From positions 15,628,998-15,692,997 of the forward strand of contig OZ037767.1 in assembly GCA_964035545.1 (NCBI GenBank): DNA of 64,000 nucleotides, read 5' to 3'. How positions within the stretch are numbered: the stretch's first letter is position 1; the number at the start of each line of letters is the position of its first letter. The notes under the pieces were generated by a model. It saw only the letters and a list, made by a program, of their open reading frames with translations, was not told the origin of the DNA and did no database searches. This document shows positions 1 to 12,566 of the stretch, piece after piece. This DNA comes from Bugula neritina (lineage: Eukaryota; Animalia; Bryozoa). The translations under genes and the position numbers were made by a program.

Positions 1-695
1 TTTATCTGTCAGGTTGAATCTTTGGAAATGTTATTGTAAAAGTTTTACACCTATTTTCAAACCTCCAAGTTTTATTTGAAAGAAAATATGCATGGCTATA
101 AAATATTATTAATGACAATATGTGGCACACCATAAAATATTCATTATATAGTTGAACTGGTCAAAGCGTACCTTAATTAGAAAACAATTTGTTTTCTATA
201 ATAATATAACATACTGATACATATAAAGCATGGATTTTATGACCCTCGTTTTAGTTTTCTTAAATAATTTTTAGTTTTCCTGCATATTGTGGCTTCATAT
301 ATAACTATAAAACTTGAACTGTTATAAATGTTTTTGTTTGGTGCAAAAAGCATAAAATAAATCAAGTAATTTTCATTTTAATTATTTGCACTGCTTTACT
401 TCCTTTTTACTTTTCTTTAATTAGAAATGGCAGCACCGCACCTTTAATATATAGAATGTTTTATTTTACTCTAAATAGTTAGTTTACTAGAAATGGCAGT
501 GGGAGACAAAATTAGCCAACCGGAGTTATTATATAAATTACTAAAATATAGTTCGTTATGGTTTCAGGCGGAATTTTGAAATTTTTCTCTAAAATGCTTG
601 GATAAGACTATTTGCATATTCAAAGGTTCTTCATCACCACTTGGAGTTTGGTTTTATAAAATATTATAAGAAGTTGGCCTAAGTTTGTATATTAA

Positions 696-873
696 CCAAT
701 CACATGCCTCCGTTACTGGATTTGCTCAACCTGGTTACTTCTGAGGTATAGGGCTCTTCCCGGGAGGTTGGGTTCTTCCCAGAGTAGTTGACCTAGTTTT
801 ATGTTGACCAATCAAATTCAAGCACATCCGGTTGTGACTATAAATACAGCAGTGTGTTCTGTTAAGGTTCAGT
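696..873 (+). promoter_or_regulatory. Putative Pol II core promoter of microgene copy 1
   Basis: CCAAT at 696 and 808, TATAAATA at 839-846, Inr-like TTCAGT at 868-873 about 30 bp downstream; all retained in the other two copies. Confidence 0.65.
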
Positions 874-922
874 GTACAACTTATCTGTGTAATACATCTG
901 AATCTGAACTCTAATCTCCACA

Positions 923-1883
923 ATGAGCAGCAACAACACCTTTGGTGAGTGACTATGCATACAATACTTGTATTTTTCTAATTTAATAGGCAACATTACA
1001 GAGAATATTCTATCTTGAAGCTTTGGAACTAAATTATATCTAAGAGTAATTAAAAACATTTTCATCATTATAGTTGGAATATCTTTTTTAATGTTTTTCT
1101 ATTTTTAGAATGTAACTAGTATTAAGTTTTACGTGACTTTAGTTTAGCTTGCAGAGCCTTTAAAACTTATTCTAATCTGATTCTAATCTACAAACTAGTA
1201 ATACTGCAAATTGATTGTATAATATCACAGCTAACTCTTTCAGTACAAAGTATTTATTTAAACTAAAGATACTTGCTTAGTACTAAATTGCAGTAACATA
1301 CAATAGTGTAATACATAGTGGAGTACAAAATGTAATGTATAAAATTGCATAACACTATATTTTAATTTCAGACATTAAAAAACTCCCTCCAAAGAAGAGA
1401 TACACATTAGTATGGAAAAATTTTAACATTCCTCCACCTGCACACATAGCAAGACAATACGCTGAGATAATCCAACCAGAACCATACTATGATTATAATG
1501 AGTAAGTATACTGCTTTACTGCTAAGTCTTTTTGTTGTAACCAAAATTCTTAGTCAAACTGCTCTCTGATTACCAGATAAACTTTCTCCATATAAATTAT
1601 ATTTTATAGTTTAGATCTGTCAGGTTTGTGTTTTCAAGCTTCAAATCAACAATAAAAGCATATATTTAAATATGAAAATATTCCATGCATTCAGCAGTTT
1701 TATTAGATGACGGTGTAATTCTAAACTTTGACTGACAGAAAAGAAACTGTTATGAGTCTCCATATATTAATATCTGAATAACTATTATTTTATTATAGAA
1801 AGATGACAAGTTACCTCCAAGATGGTGGACTACATACATATTATGTAATAAACTCTGATACTGAGGTGAAAAGGGAGAGCTGA
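923..1883 (+). CDS. Three-exon microgene copy 1, 78 aa, LPPKKRY motif (exons 923-944, 1372-1501, 1799-1883)
   Basis: GTGAGT/TTTCAG and GTAAGT/TTATAG junctions give 237 nt in frame: MSSNNTFDIKKLPPKKRYTLVWKNFNIPPPAHIARQYAEIIQPEPYYDYNEKMTSYLQDGGLHTYYVINSDTEVKRES; AATAAA near 2084. Confidence 0.75.
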
Positions 1884-2490
1884 ATCTGCCACATGCTGAG
1901 GAATTGAATTACTCAGTTTTCTGTATTTTATTAACTGATCCACACAAGTTTCCTCAAGTATAATGTTAGCTGAATTGTCAAACAAGCATATCATCACAAT
2001 ATTGAATTTATATAACTTTTTAACTTTATAATAATGAATATAAATATATGTACTATATTTTATTTTATTGTATTATTCAAACTAATAAAATTATTTTATT
2101 ATCTCATAAACCAGGTGTGCTGAAATATAAATATATAACTTTAATTATAGATGTGCATACAAGTATATTTTATTTCATGTCGCTAGTAATAGATTGTAAT
2201 CCTTGCCTATAACAACTGCTAAACGCAAAAAACTTTAGTGAAACTATAAAAAAGAGCTAAAAATCTAATGCTCTAGTAGATTACATAACATTTGTATGAC
2301 TGCTTTTATTCATAGTTACTGTTTCGATTTTAGCAGCAGTCATAGTCTATACATCTAGCGCTGTCAAATATTTTTGGACTGCCTGTTTAGTTAATTTTGC
2401 AAACGAAAAGATGAAAGGCTCAGCATTTATCATATCCCATAATTATTATGTAATAAAATCTCCTTTCAAAGAATTCACACCAGGAAAAAT

Positions 2491-2708
2491 AGCTGTATAA
2501 TTACTGACCAATCAGAGAGGATTAAAATTTGAGAAACTCAGAAAGCCAAAAGTCGAAGGCTGTAACTAAAGAATTACATAATAGAGTAGCTGCCATCAGC
2601 TGGTATAATTACAGTCTGGTTGTGGGTAATTATTGTACTTGCTTGTGAGCTGTATATCCTATGGAATGAGTTTAACTTGTACTAGTTTTATCCAGTAAAT
2701 TTGTTTTT
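2491..2708 (+). repeat. ~220-bp direct repeat bounding microgene units (also 39295-39512, 42090-42119 truncated, 46457-46672, 49225-49618)
   Basis: AGCTGTATAATTACTGACCAATCAGAGAG...CCAGTAAATTTGTTTTT recurs at these positions. Confidence 0.85.
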
Positions 2709-4278
2709 GGCCATATCTCAATATTAGCCTCAATAAATAACAATAAAACTTTGGTAACCTAACGTCTACTGCCTAGGGCTGGTGAGGAATCAGGACATAA
2801 CGCACATGCTTGCTGTAAACATGTACGTGTTGCTATGGCTACTAATGATGATCTTATATTTGATATTTGTAGAAGACAACTCTCACAGGTATTAATAATT
2901 TGCCTTTTCTTCATTCAGCTCTTAAATTTTGCCTAGAAAAAAGAGAAGGCAAGGTGGCTCAACCAACGCTGTATTGAAATACTTGAAGAAATAACCTGTC
3001 TACATTACTAATGAGTGTTACATAACTGGAAGGTAGAGAAGCTTATATGTTTCACAACCAAACACAATTTCTCTAACTGATCTTTAGTTATAATGAGATT
3101 AAGTATAAGCAATGATCCTGATACTATTACGCCTTCCTGGTACAAGATATATAATATCTACAGGAACATCATTATAGTAGAAAAATGTACTATACAGTTT
3201 TACTTGTATTAAAATAGCAACTGAAGTATTGCATAGTCATATGTTTAGTAATCAGAGTTTAACTCTATTCAGATAGCTCAGCTTACATAGCTTCATATGG
3301 TCTACTGTAGTGCTGACTATCAACTGCTGCCTCTACAGTTCAGTCATCACCTGTACTGTACTATTTTATACATTTATATAATTAAATAAGAGAGAAGCGG
3401 TATAGGAGTTGTGTACTCTTTAGTTTATATGTTTCTATGGCAACATGTAATGTATGGAATAACAAAAGGCCATCATTTATATTATTGTAATGTGCATTAC
3501 TTTCTCCCTACCAGTTCCTCACCTCATAATATATATTACAGCTGATTCTAAGTCATGTATTTAGTTTGATGTTATCAATATAATATAGTAAAACTTAACT
3601 CCTTGTCACTGACCAATGTCTATATTGTAAATATAATATAGCAATGATAGTGCAGTTTAATAAACATTATAATATTTTTAGTACAAGTAGTTATTCCATA
3701 CTCTAGACATGTCTTGTTTGTTTCATAAAGAACACATCTAGTTATTTGTAAATGGAAAATTTTGAGATTTCTATTAGTATGAATGAGACTAATACAGTTT
3801 CATATATTCACTATAGCAGCCTAAAAATTATATAACTCTATATTACTAATTATCACAATCCAACTCTTGATATATAACAATCTACACGTACTACTCTATT
3901 AGTAGTTGTCAACACCTGCAGGATGGTCACATGACCACTGCTACCGCTCAGACAGCTTAATAAATGACAGAATAAGGAGAATGATGGCTGATCAGATGTA
4001 ATAACATAACTTATCAATTCACTTGAAATCTTAAATTCTGTTTGTTGAAAGTTATTTGCTTGTGTTTTGAACCTTGCTTTTTAAACATTATAACTATTGT
4101 AGTGTCCTTTATAATAAATAGTAAAATTTCATAAATTTGTTTTTATTTAGTTTGCTTACTGACACTCTGCTGCCAATTTGTTCATAGCTGTTATAGTATA
4201 TATCAATTAGCAATTTCGCATCTACTGAAATCGCCACACTGCGTTTGTGTTGTCACATATTGTTGTAATTCGCACAAT

Positions 4279-4588
4279 TGCTATGATTTTCAGAATTAGG
4301 GTTGATATGCAATCCAGAGAGTTTATTTACTTGCTAGAGAACTTCACCAGAATAAGTCGAGTGAAACGAGTATATATTTTACACACAAGAACACATTACA
4401 AAAACTATACAAATACATTCGGTAATTCTACACATCTAGATCATTCAGCACTCTAACTTCAACTAACTAACAGCGGGAAAACTAACTACTGCTACTAACT
4501 ATAAAAGCCGCTAATCGGCTGTCCATTGTTCCGGGTCAATTACGTGACCCTGTGTAATTTGCTGCTGGTAGCTCTACGAGCCACCACA
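4279..4588 (-). repeat. Gypsy copy 1 3' LTR
   Basis: Near-identical to 9995-10307; preceded on the minus strand by a purine-rich PPT-like tract. Confidence 0.93.
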
Positions 4589-4879
4589 CTGCCTCCACCA
4601 GCAGAAAGCCCTCTTTCTGATACAAAAAAAATATTTCATAATTAACCGCATACATCAGTAGACCAAAAAGAAAAAAACATAACATATATATAAATACACA
4701 ATAACAGACAGAGTCATTATAACAGCATGCCACATACAATTGGCCAGCTATAGAGAAGGAATACTGGCTAGTTGTAGTATTGGACAAGAGGTCAAGCTGT
4801 CGAGCTGTCAAGCATTTGCATGATAGTCTTGGGTCCCAAGAGGATGAGGCTTGCGAATCATTCCGGGCAGAAGAACCAG

Positions 4880-5710
4880 AGTCAGTGTTTGTCAAGCCGA
4901 TGTTTGGCCTGGCGGGCACGTAGCTTTCTCTTAATCCGACCAACGGAACCTTTTAACTGATAAAGTCCCGTCAAGGTACTAAGCAGATCCGGTAAACTCA
5001 GCCTGAAGCCGGAGGAGACGTTCCTCTACGGTGGCCAAGCGGGCGGGGTCTGGGGAGGGCGTCCGTCTTCGACGAGGGGGGACTTGGAGACCGGGTCCGC
5101 CTTCTAGTTGGAGGAGGGGAGACTTCTTCTTCCTCAGGGTAAGCGAACTCTTCGGGGGTACACACAATCTGAGGGCGTTCGGACATCAACGGGGATTGTT
5201 GCCTGGCATAGTCTAGTACATGTTGAAAGCCCGAAGTCAGGACTGCCAACAACATTGCCTTCTTTACTAAGGGTCGTATCAGGGTCAGGAATTCTGGGTA
5301 GAGTTTAGCATCTACCACGTAATTCTCTCTGGAGAAACAGCCCGCCGCCCGGTGTCTAGTGACGGGGTAGGGGTAGACATCATTATATCCGCAGGGGCAG
5401 AATGTGAGTAATAGGTGGGCGTTGACATGCAGCTTCAGGAAGCGGTGAGAGGCACACTCTTCGCCACAAATCTGGCACCACGTCCTTCCTTTGGATCCCC
5501 AGGCTGTTTCTATCTGCTCCTCTGTTTCCGGAGACACCCACCGCCAGCGGCGGCACAGTGGCTCAGGCCGGTCACCATTGGTGTACTCCTCAGGATGCGG
5601 AGCGGGACGTGCTCTATCTCGTACCCTGGTTGTAACGGGTCGAGTGTAACTTGAAAGAGTTTCAACAGCGTTAGTATAATACACTGCAGTGTTGCCGGCT
5701 TGGACAGCCT
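4880..5710 (-). pseudogene. Gypsy accessory ORF3: C2H2 + C2HC zinc fingers, SP/R-rich tract, coiled-coil tail (core ORF 4998-5684)
   Basis: CQIC-x12-H-x3-H then CPC-x12-H-x4-C; lies between pol and the 3' LTR in both copies. Confidence 0.7.
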
Positions 5711-5966
5711 GGCAACATCTCGTTCAGTTAACACTCGTAGAGATTTATGGTAGTGAATAGTTGGATAGAACACATATTGCAATGAGATTGCAAAATCTCT
5801 AAGTCAAACTGAGTTCTTACCACAGTAGTTCACTAACCTATCTCCAGCTCATTTGACTCGGTGAGTCGGGGCTGAGTGATGCAATCTAGTTTCCATATCA
5901 AGATATAGTTAACTCACCCCACGATCCGTTGTCGTAAGACATACTGAATTTGTGAAAAGGTTTGGA

Positions 5967-8900
5967 CTATTGACTAGGAACACGTCTACTCTTGACTGCA
6001 TTAGCATACGAAAAGATCGAGCAACGTGGTTGGGGTGCGTGACTAAGACTTTGCGCACCCGGCGGATGAATTTTGTTTCTAATTCCGCCGATACAAAAGT
6101 TGATATTTCCGTAGTGTTGACAACTCCCACAATTGCTCGATACTTTTCTCGTATGGTTTTTCCCTAGACTATTGGTTATTGCGCTCCACCACTCCTTTAC
6201 CTTGGGGATGGTAAGGGGTGGTCCTGCTCTGATTTACTCCCCAGAGGCGGCAAAGGTCGCTCATAAGTTGGGACTAAAACTGAGCGCCATGATCAAAGTG
6301 TATCTGTTCGGGGAGCCCGAAATAACAGAATACATGTTGGTCTAGTGCCCTGGCCACTATTGGGGCTGACGCATCTGGGATAGCCAGAGCGTCTGCCCAC
6401 CTAGTAAAGTGGTCGGTCAATACCAAGATCCAACTATTGCCTCTGGGGGTTAAGGGCATGGGTCTGACCAGGTCGACAGCTACTACTTGTCACGGCCTGC
6501 CAGCATATAGTCTCCGCCGTCCCGCTTCACCAGGGAGACGGCCATGCTTGCTGGCCTGGCAGATTTCTTACTGTTTTACTCTGAGCCGGACATCTCGCCC
6601 CAGTTTAGGCCAATACCACCGGAGTTGTAGTTTAGAGATCACTCTCTTGACCCCTGCGTGGGCCTGTTTGTGAGCATCCCAGATTAACTCCCGGCGTTTG
6701 GCGCTGGGGCAAACCACCCTCTTCCTCTCCGGGTGTCTGCCGTTGGCAGCTAGAGAAATGGTCAGTAGACCATCGTGCCTGATCCTCAGCGAGTCCCAAC
6801 GCTGGCAGAGTAGCCGGAACTCGGCGCATCCCTGCCGTATGCGTTCCTTGCTGGGTCGACGCCCGTTCTTTTTGGCCCAATATATGTCTGCCACTACCCC
6901 AGGCAGCTCTTCCTGGAGCTTCTTCAGCTCCCGGACATTATCGGCCAAAACAGGATTGGCTCGGAGGTTTTGTACAACCTCCGGGAACTCGTCAACCTCT
7001 TGCCTGAGGTGACCTTGGTCCCAGTCAAACTGTGCTCCGTGGTGAGCCAGTGTCTCTAATTCACATCGCGGGGGACCTCCGTCCCTCCTCTCGATGTTGA
7101 GACACTGTTTGCAACCTCCATCGGGTCGGCGGCTCAAACCATCCGCATTGCTGTGTCTCTTGCCTGGTAGATGTTCGATAAGGTACGAGAACTCAGCTAG
7201 GATTTCGAGCCACCGGGCGACCTGACTGGAGGGTTCCGCTCTCTTGCACAACTAGATCAGAGAGGCATGGTCCGTACACAGCCGGAACTTCCTGCCGTAT
7301 AGGTATGGTCTGAAGTGCTTCATTGACTTGAATACTGCCAGCAGCTCCTTGCGGGTAGTGCAGTGATTTCGTTCAGTGGGTGAGAGGGACTTACTGTAGT
7401 AGGCTACAACTACCTCTCGGCCTTCCTGCACTTGAGACAGCACAGCACCAACGTTCTGGTCACTGGCGTCAGTGTCGAGGATGTATTCGGGGTCTGAGTA
7501 GGCCAAGAAAGGTGCCGTCAGTAGGCAACCATTGAGGCGGTCGAACGCTCCTTGCTCGACCGGGGTCCACTGCCACGTCACTCCTTTTGCAGTGAGCCGG
7601 TTTAACGGCTGTGCTATGCTCGCAAAGTCTGGTATGTATTGCCTGTAATACCCTACCAGCCCCAAGAAAGCCCGAAGTCCGGTCAAGTCTTGGGGGGTGA
7701 CCTAGTCTTTCATCGCCCGTACCTTTTCGGGATCCGTTGCCACGCCGTTTCGACCGACAGCGTGCCCCAGGTACTTGACCTCCGGCTGCAATAGAGCGCA
7801 CTTGGAAGGTTTGAGCTTAAGACCTGCACCTCGGAGACTCTCGAAGACTTCCCACAGACGACTGACGGGTGTCTCGAAGTCTGGGGAAATCACGATGACA
7901 TCATCGAGGTAAATCAGCAGTGTCTTTCAATGGAGCCCGCTGAGGACTTGCTCCATCAGCCTCTGGAAAGTGGCTGGGGCGGAAGTTAACCCGAAAGGCA
8001 ACACCTGCTACTCCCACAAACCGTCCCGTGTGACAAACGCCGCCTTCTCCTGGGCGTCGGGACTCAGAAGAACTTGCCAGTAACCGCTCAACAAGTCTAG
8101 CGTACTGAAGTACTTGCTGCTGGCTAAGGCGTCCAATGACTCGTCAATACGAGGTAGGGGGTAGGCGTCCTGTATGGTTACGCTATTGAGCTTGCGGTAA
8201 TCTACACAGAACCACCAACTGCCGTCTTTCTTCCGGACCAGTACGACCGGCGAGCTCCACGCACTATGGGCGGGCTCGATGAGGCCGCGGTCCAAAAGAT
8301 TCCGGACTTGTCGGCTAACCTCCTTCTCTTTTTCCGGCTCCAGCCTGTGCGTGGGTTGCCGGATAGGGACCGTCTCCGCAGTCAGTGGTATTTCAGGTCT
8401 GACAACTCCAGTCAGTCCCACGTCATTATCTCCGCTGCTGAACACATCCCCGTGGTCGCATAGCAACTTCGCCATGGCTTGGCATTCCTTGAGCTGACTG
8501 ACGATAAATGTCTCTTGGATTGTTTGATCACGGACGCGTCCCGTCAGCTCAAATATACCGTAGAAGGAAAGACCCGACCCGTCAGCCAGGGTGCCATACT
8601 CCCCCTCGCACGGTTCCATCTCGCCCCTGACCCTAGCACTGAGGATATCGAATAGTTGGCTACTTATGAGGTGCGTGGTACAGCCCGAATCAATTAGGAA
8701 AGTAACAGCTTTGCCTTCCAATTTGCCGGGCAAGAAATAGCTGTTTCCATGGGGCTGCACCTGAACTCTCTCTTCGTGCCTGGCTCTCGCAGAGAGTACC
8801 TCCCTCGTTTGGTGCAGAGGCTAGGTTTCCGGCTATCTTCGCTGGCTCTCATCCAGATTCTTGGGCCGGTAGCCCGTCGAATCGATTGTGGAGGTGCATA

Positions 8901-9067
8901 GAGAAGGTAGCGGCAGGGCGGGGCCTCTTGCTGGTCCGTCGTGGCTGTTGCCACCCTCGGTTGTCAGCACGTGGTACCCGTCTGGGTGACCTACGTTTCT
9001 TTTTCCCTGGGCGTTTCATCGTCAACTCGCAGGAGGTGGGAACATCTGCGGGCCGCGGTAGTTTAAC
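5967..9067 (-). pseudogene. pol: Gypsy pol (protease, RT, RNase H, integrase), disrupted
   Basis: FLIDSGC protease, SAWSSPVVLVRKKDG/FSTLDL RT, LDTDASD/ELLAV/TDH RNase H, HKQAH and TDHFTRW integrase, split over several ORFs. Confidence 0.95.
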
Positions 9068-9961
9068 CCCGGAGTTAGGAAGGGACAGTACCTGCGGAAG
9101 TGTCCTTGATTTTCGCATTCCCAGCAAAAACTGACTGTTTCCCCCGGTGGCGGCGCCGGTGGCCGTACTGGCTCAGGGGCGGTGCCTACTGGGGTTTGGG
9201 ATATCAGTGTTGCTATCAGTTTGGCCAGCATGTCGGTCAGTTGAGTGACTTTCGATGCTGCCGCTAACTGGGCCACGGCAGCCGTCGCGGAGGATTCCTC
9301 CTCTCGCACCGCTGCTGTGTCCGCGCGGTCTACCTCCACTTGACGGGAGCTCCCGGGACTTTTATGCATCTGGTTTGCCACGAGATAAGCTTACCCCTCT
9401 GTCAGGGCATCTTCAACGGTGGTGATTCCCCTAGCTAGAAACTGGTGGTGGAGACCCAGATCGTTGACAGATTGTATAAAGGCGTCAAGGGTATACCTCT
9501 CACGGTTGGCTCGAGGCAAATCGCTGTACGCGATCTGTGCCAGCTTCATGACCGTGGCGGCATGTTCCTGTAGCGGGGTGTGAAGATCACGCCGCAGCCT
9601 CTGTAGTCGGGCCCGGGCATCTGTAGCAGAGATGCTGAAGCGGGCCCGCGGAGAAGCAAAGATACTCTCGATGTCTGCGCCTAGCCCATAGGGCTTGGCT
9701 TTGTCCATCAATGACATTCTGAGCTTCAGCAGGGCCACCCTAGGGGGCCACTGGGCGACGGTCCATTACGTCGCTAACCTCTTGGATGATTTGCTCTACC
9801 TCTTCTTCGCCCGTGAAGGTGGGCGCTTTTAACCGGTAGCGGTCCTCAGTCAGTTCTGGCGGAACCCTTCGCTCTTCTACCACATGATTTACAGGCATAG
9901 CATTGTCTCTACGCTCACCTTCTGCTGCCGGTGGTTGCATTCCAGCGTTTTCAGTCTCCAT
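9022..9961 (-). pseudogene. gag: Gypsy gag with CCHC knuckle, disrupted
   Basis: KAPTFTGEEEVEQ capsid-like start; CWECENQGHFRRYC = Cx2Cx4Hx4C; stop and frameshift. Confidence 0.9.
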
Positions 9962-9975
9962 CTTGGATGTGCACT

Positions 9976-9993
9976 ATCCCACCGCTGCCACCA
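9976..9993 (-). promoter_or_regulatory. Primer binding site complementary to tRNA-Leu 3' end
   Basis: TGGTGGCAGCGGTGGGAT 1 nt inside the 5' LTR; plus strand reads ATCCCACCGCTGCCA+CCA, the 3' end of animal tRNA-Leu(AAG/TAG). Confidence 0.88.
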
Positions 9994-9994
9994 C

Positions 9995-10307
9995 TGTTAT
10001 GATTTTCAGAATTAGGGTTGATATGCAATCCAGAGAGTCTATTTACTTGCTAGAGAACTTCACCAGGATAAGTCGAGTGAAACGAGTATATATTTTACAC
10101 ACAAGAACACATTACAAAAACTATACAAATTATACATTCGGTAATTCTATACATCTAGATCATTCAGCACTCTAACTTCGACTAACTAACAGCGGGAAAA
10201 CTAACTACTGCTACTAACTATAAAAGCCGCTAATGGGCTGTCCATTGTTCCGGGTCAATTACGTGACCCTGTGTAATTCGCTGCTGGTAGCTCCACGAGC
10301 CACCACA
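9995..10307 (-). repeat. Gypsy copy 1 5' LTR
   Basis: TG...CA termini, adjacent PBS. Confidence 0.93.
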
Positions 10308-10592
10308 ACATTATAACTTTCCTAATCTATACAATTATGTTGAATATTTCAATTATTATAAAACAAGCATTTTATCAACTTATTTTATGTACTTTTTTGT
10401 GTTTAATTTGCTCTTATTCTATCATATTTTAACCATCTTGTTTTGTAAAAATTGTAGTTTCACGGTGTAAACGGTGTAAATGGTGTGAACAGTGTGAATA
10501 AAATAAACTATCTACACTAAAACATACACCCGTATGGAACTTTCATATCAACCTAGGAGGGCAGTTACAACTATTCAATGCTAGGTTTTAAT

Positions 10593-11324
10593 CACCAGCT
10601 TTCCATGGATCGATTTGAGAAATATGCTCAGAGCAATCGTTTTTCCGTGCCAATGTCAGATCGATCTTTCAGAGTTGTCTCCTCTTAAGTTAAGGGTTTT
10701 TTGATAGTATAATATTTTGTTCGCCTATTTGAGTGATTAAAGCTACTTACTATTGTTGAAAACAAGATTGTTATGATCTAAAATTTATTCCCATGTATAA
10801 ACTATACGCAGCAAAGCTTTTAGTGTAAAGCAATTTGGCCAATTTAAAATGAGTAATTTTAATTTCTTAGCTTGACAGCTTATATAAAATTGATAGCTGT
10901 TTTGCAGATTATCAATAAACTTACAGAACTGTTAGGCCTAAAATTACACAGCAAACGGCTAATGAAACTAAGTTTTAATAGTCTTTAAAATTCAATTTAA
11001 ATGCTCCCATATTTTTTACCTTCTACTGCATATAATCGAGCTTTACTAATCATTGTACTAAAAGTCAAAGTTTTGGCATCCGAAAAGGTGGCTATCATAA
11101 TTATTTAATACTTTGCTTAGTAATTATCAATAAGTTATCATTTTTATTAGCAGACAACATTGTAGCAACCAGTCTTTTTCTACTTCTCAGATAGAGCTGG
11201 CGTCTTTCCATGGTCTTATTGCCTTGAGATCGATCTGAGTTTGATCTCCATAGACCGACCAGCTCAGAACGACTGAGATCGATCTTTGGCATCTTTCCAT
11301 GGATCGATCCATGGAAAGCTGGTG
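10593..11324. mobile_element. Non-autonomous TIR transposon (CAC..GTG, CMC-like), TSD AAT
   Basis: TIR CACCAGCTTTCCATGGATCGAT / ATCGATCCATGGAAAGCTGGTG, AAT on both sides; copy at 61409-62137, fragment at ~13690-13930. Confidence 0.85.
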
Positions 11325-12566
11325 AATGACAGAAGTGAAATATTCCTGAGTACACATTTAATCAAAGAGAGTGTCAATAATAGTTACTGCATGTATACTT
11401 TGCTCCTGGTAAGTTGATTGGAATAATTTACATTATAGTTCTTTGTACTTAAGTGATGGAAAATTTTTATCTAGAGAGCAACCCTGATTGAAAACTGAAA
11501 TTATCTAAAGAGTGTTACTTCAAGTACCATACAAATATTATTAGTAGGTTGGCATTTCTTATCTTACCTTATGTGTGTTTAATATAAATATAAAACTTGA
11601 GATAAACATTCTCATGTGATATAATGTAGTCTGGAGTTATATCACATGACTGGACTATTTCTTCTAGAGTTAGGGTGGGTTACCTGACAGCCCACACATA
11701 TATAACCTACACTATAACACATGATGTAGGAACACTGGCACAGCTGAGGCTAGGCTGACTAATAATTATACTAAGTATGTTTTGTGTATAGAAAGAGAAT
11801 ACTGGCTAGTGGCTACAAAATATGGAGTAATTTTATTCACTGATAGACTAACTGTTTGATATTACATAAAGAAAGAGAATTATAGATGAAATAGAAAATA
11901 TTCTTTAAACAATATTATGTTTATTAAAATTAAATGGAAGTGTTTACATTTTATTCCATATAATAAAACAGGAGTATTGCCATTCTGCAAACATTACTTT
12001 GTGAATTATTCAGCTGTAAATCTACAGGTATTAGAACTAAACGGTTTAGAATTGATAAATTTAAGAAAGGGCAAGAAATACCTGAAGAAACAATTCCTCT
12101 ACAATACTAATGAGTGTTACATAACTGGGAGATAGGGATACTAGAGTCTGCAATTGATTTACTACTAGAATTAAGTGGAAAGAATGATATGTAAATAAGG
12201 CTCAATATTTTATTATATTTATTCATACAGCAACTGCCATTGTAGTTCCCTAAACCAAACATGACTGGTTACTGTATATCACGTGACTCAGCAGATACCC
12301 GCCCATTCTGCTGTAACATTATAACATAATTATGCACAGTCATTCGTTAGTTGACTGAAAAGGGCTACACACTGATAACTCGCAGGTTGGTATATCATTT
12401 ATATACAAGTTTGGTTTATCAATAGTTGGCAACCAGTTTGCAAGCTATAAAATATTTTAAATTATTAAAACCTTGCTCAACATAAGATTGCTTATAATAG
12501 TGATTACATAATAATTCCAATATCAACAACTGTTTCTTTAAAGCTTTTGCAAACCATATAATCATA

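Larger units (their letters stand above)
4279..10307 (-). mobile_element. Ty3/Gypsy LTR retrotransposon, copy 1 (decayed, internal deletion at ~6170)
   Basis: Paired TG...CA LTRs, tRNA-Leu PBS, gag then PR-RT-RH-IN order, many stops/frameshifts; flanks ACAAT/ACATT may be a degenerate TSD. Confidence 0.97.
1..11709 (+). repeat. Segmental duplication, copy 1 (partner ~46778-62936)
   Basis: Collinear near-identical sequence including the microgene, Gypsy element and MITE; copy 1 shows the empty sites of five copy-2 insertions. Confidence 0.95.

Noticed and set aside
735-1068. Minus-strand 62-68 aa ORFs (also 40332-40665)
   Set aside because: Antisense to the microgene promoter, exon 1 and intron; recurrence is explained by duplication.
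4247-4456. Recurrent ~69-aa ORF in four places
   Set aside because: Lies in the LTRs, so repetition is expected; no coding features.
4998-5684. ORF3 as an env gene
   Set aside because: No signal peptide, fusion peptide or TM anchor; has zinc-finger spacing instead.
9976-9993. tRNA-Leu gene
   Set aside because: Only the 18-nt 3' end including CCA is present next to an LTR: a PBS.
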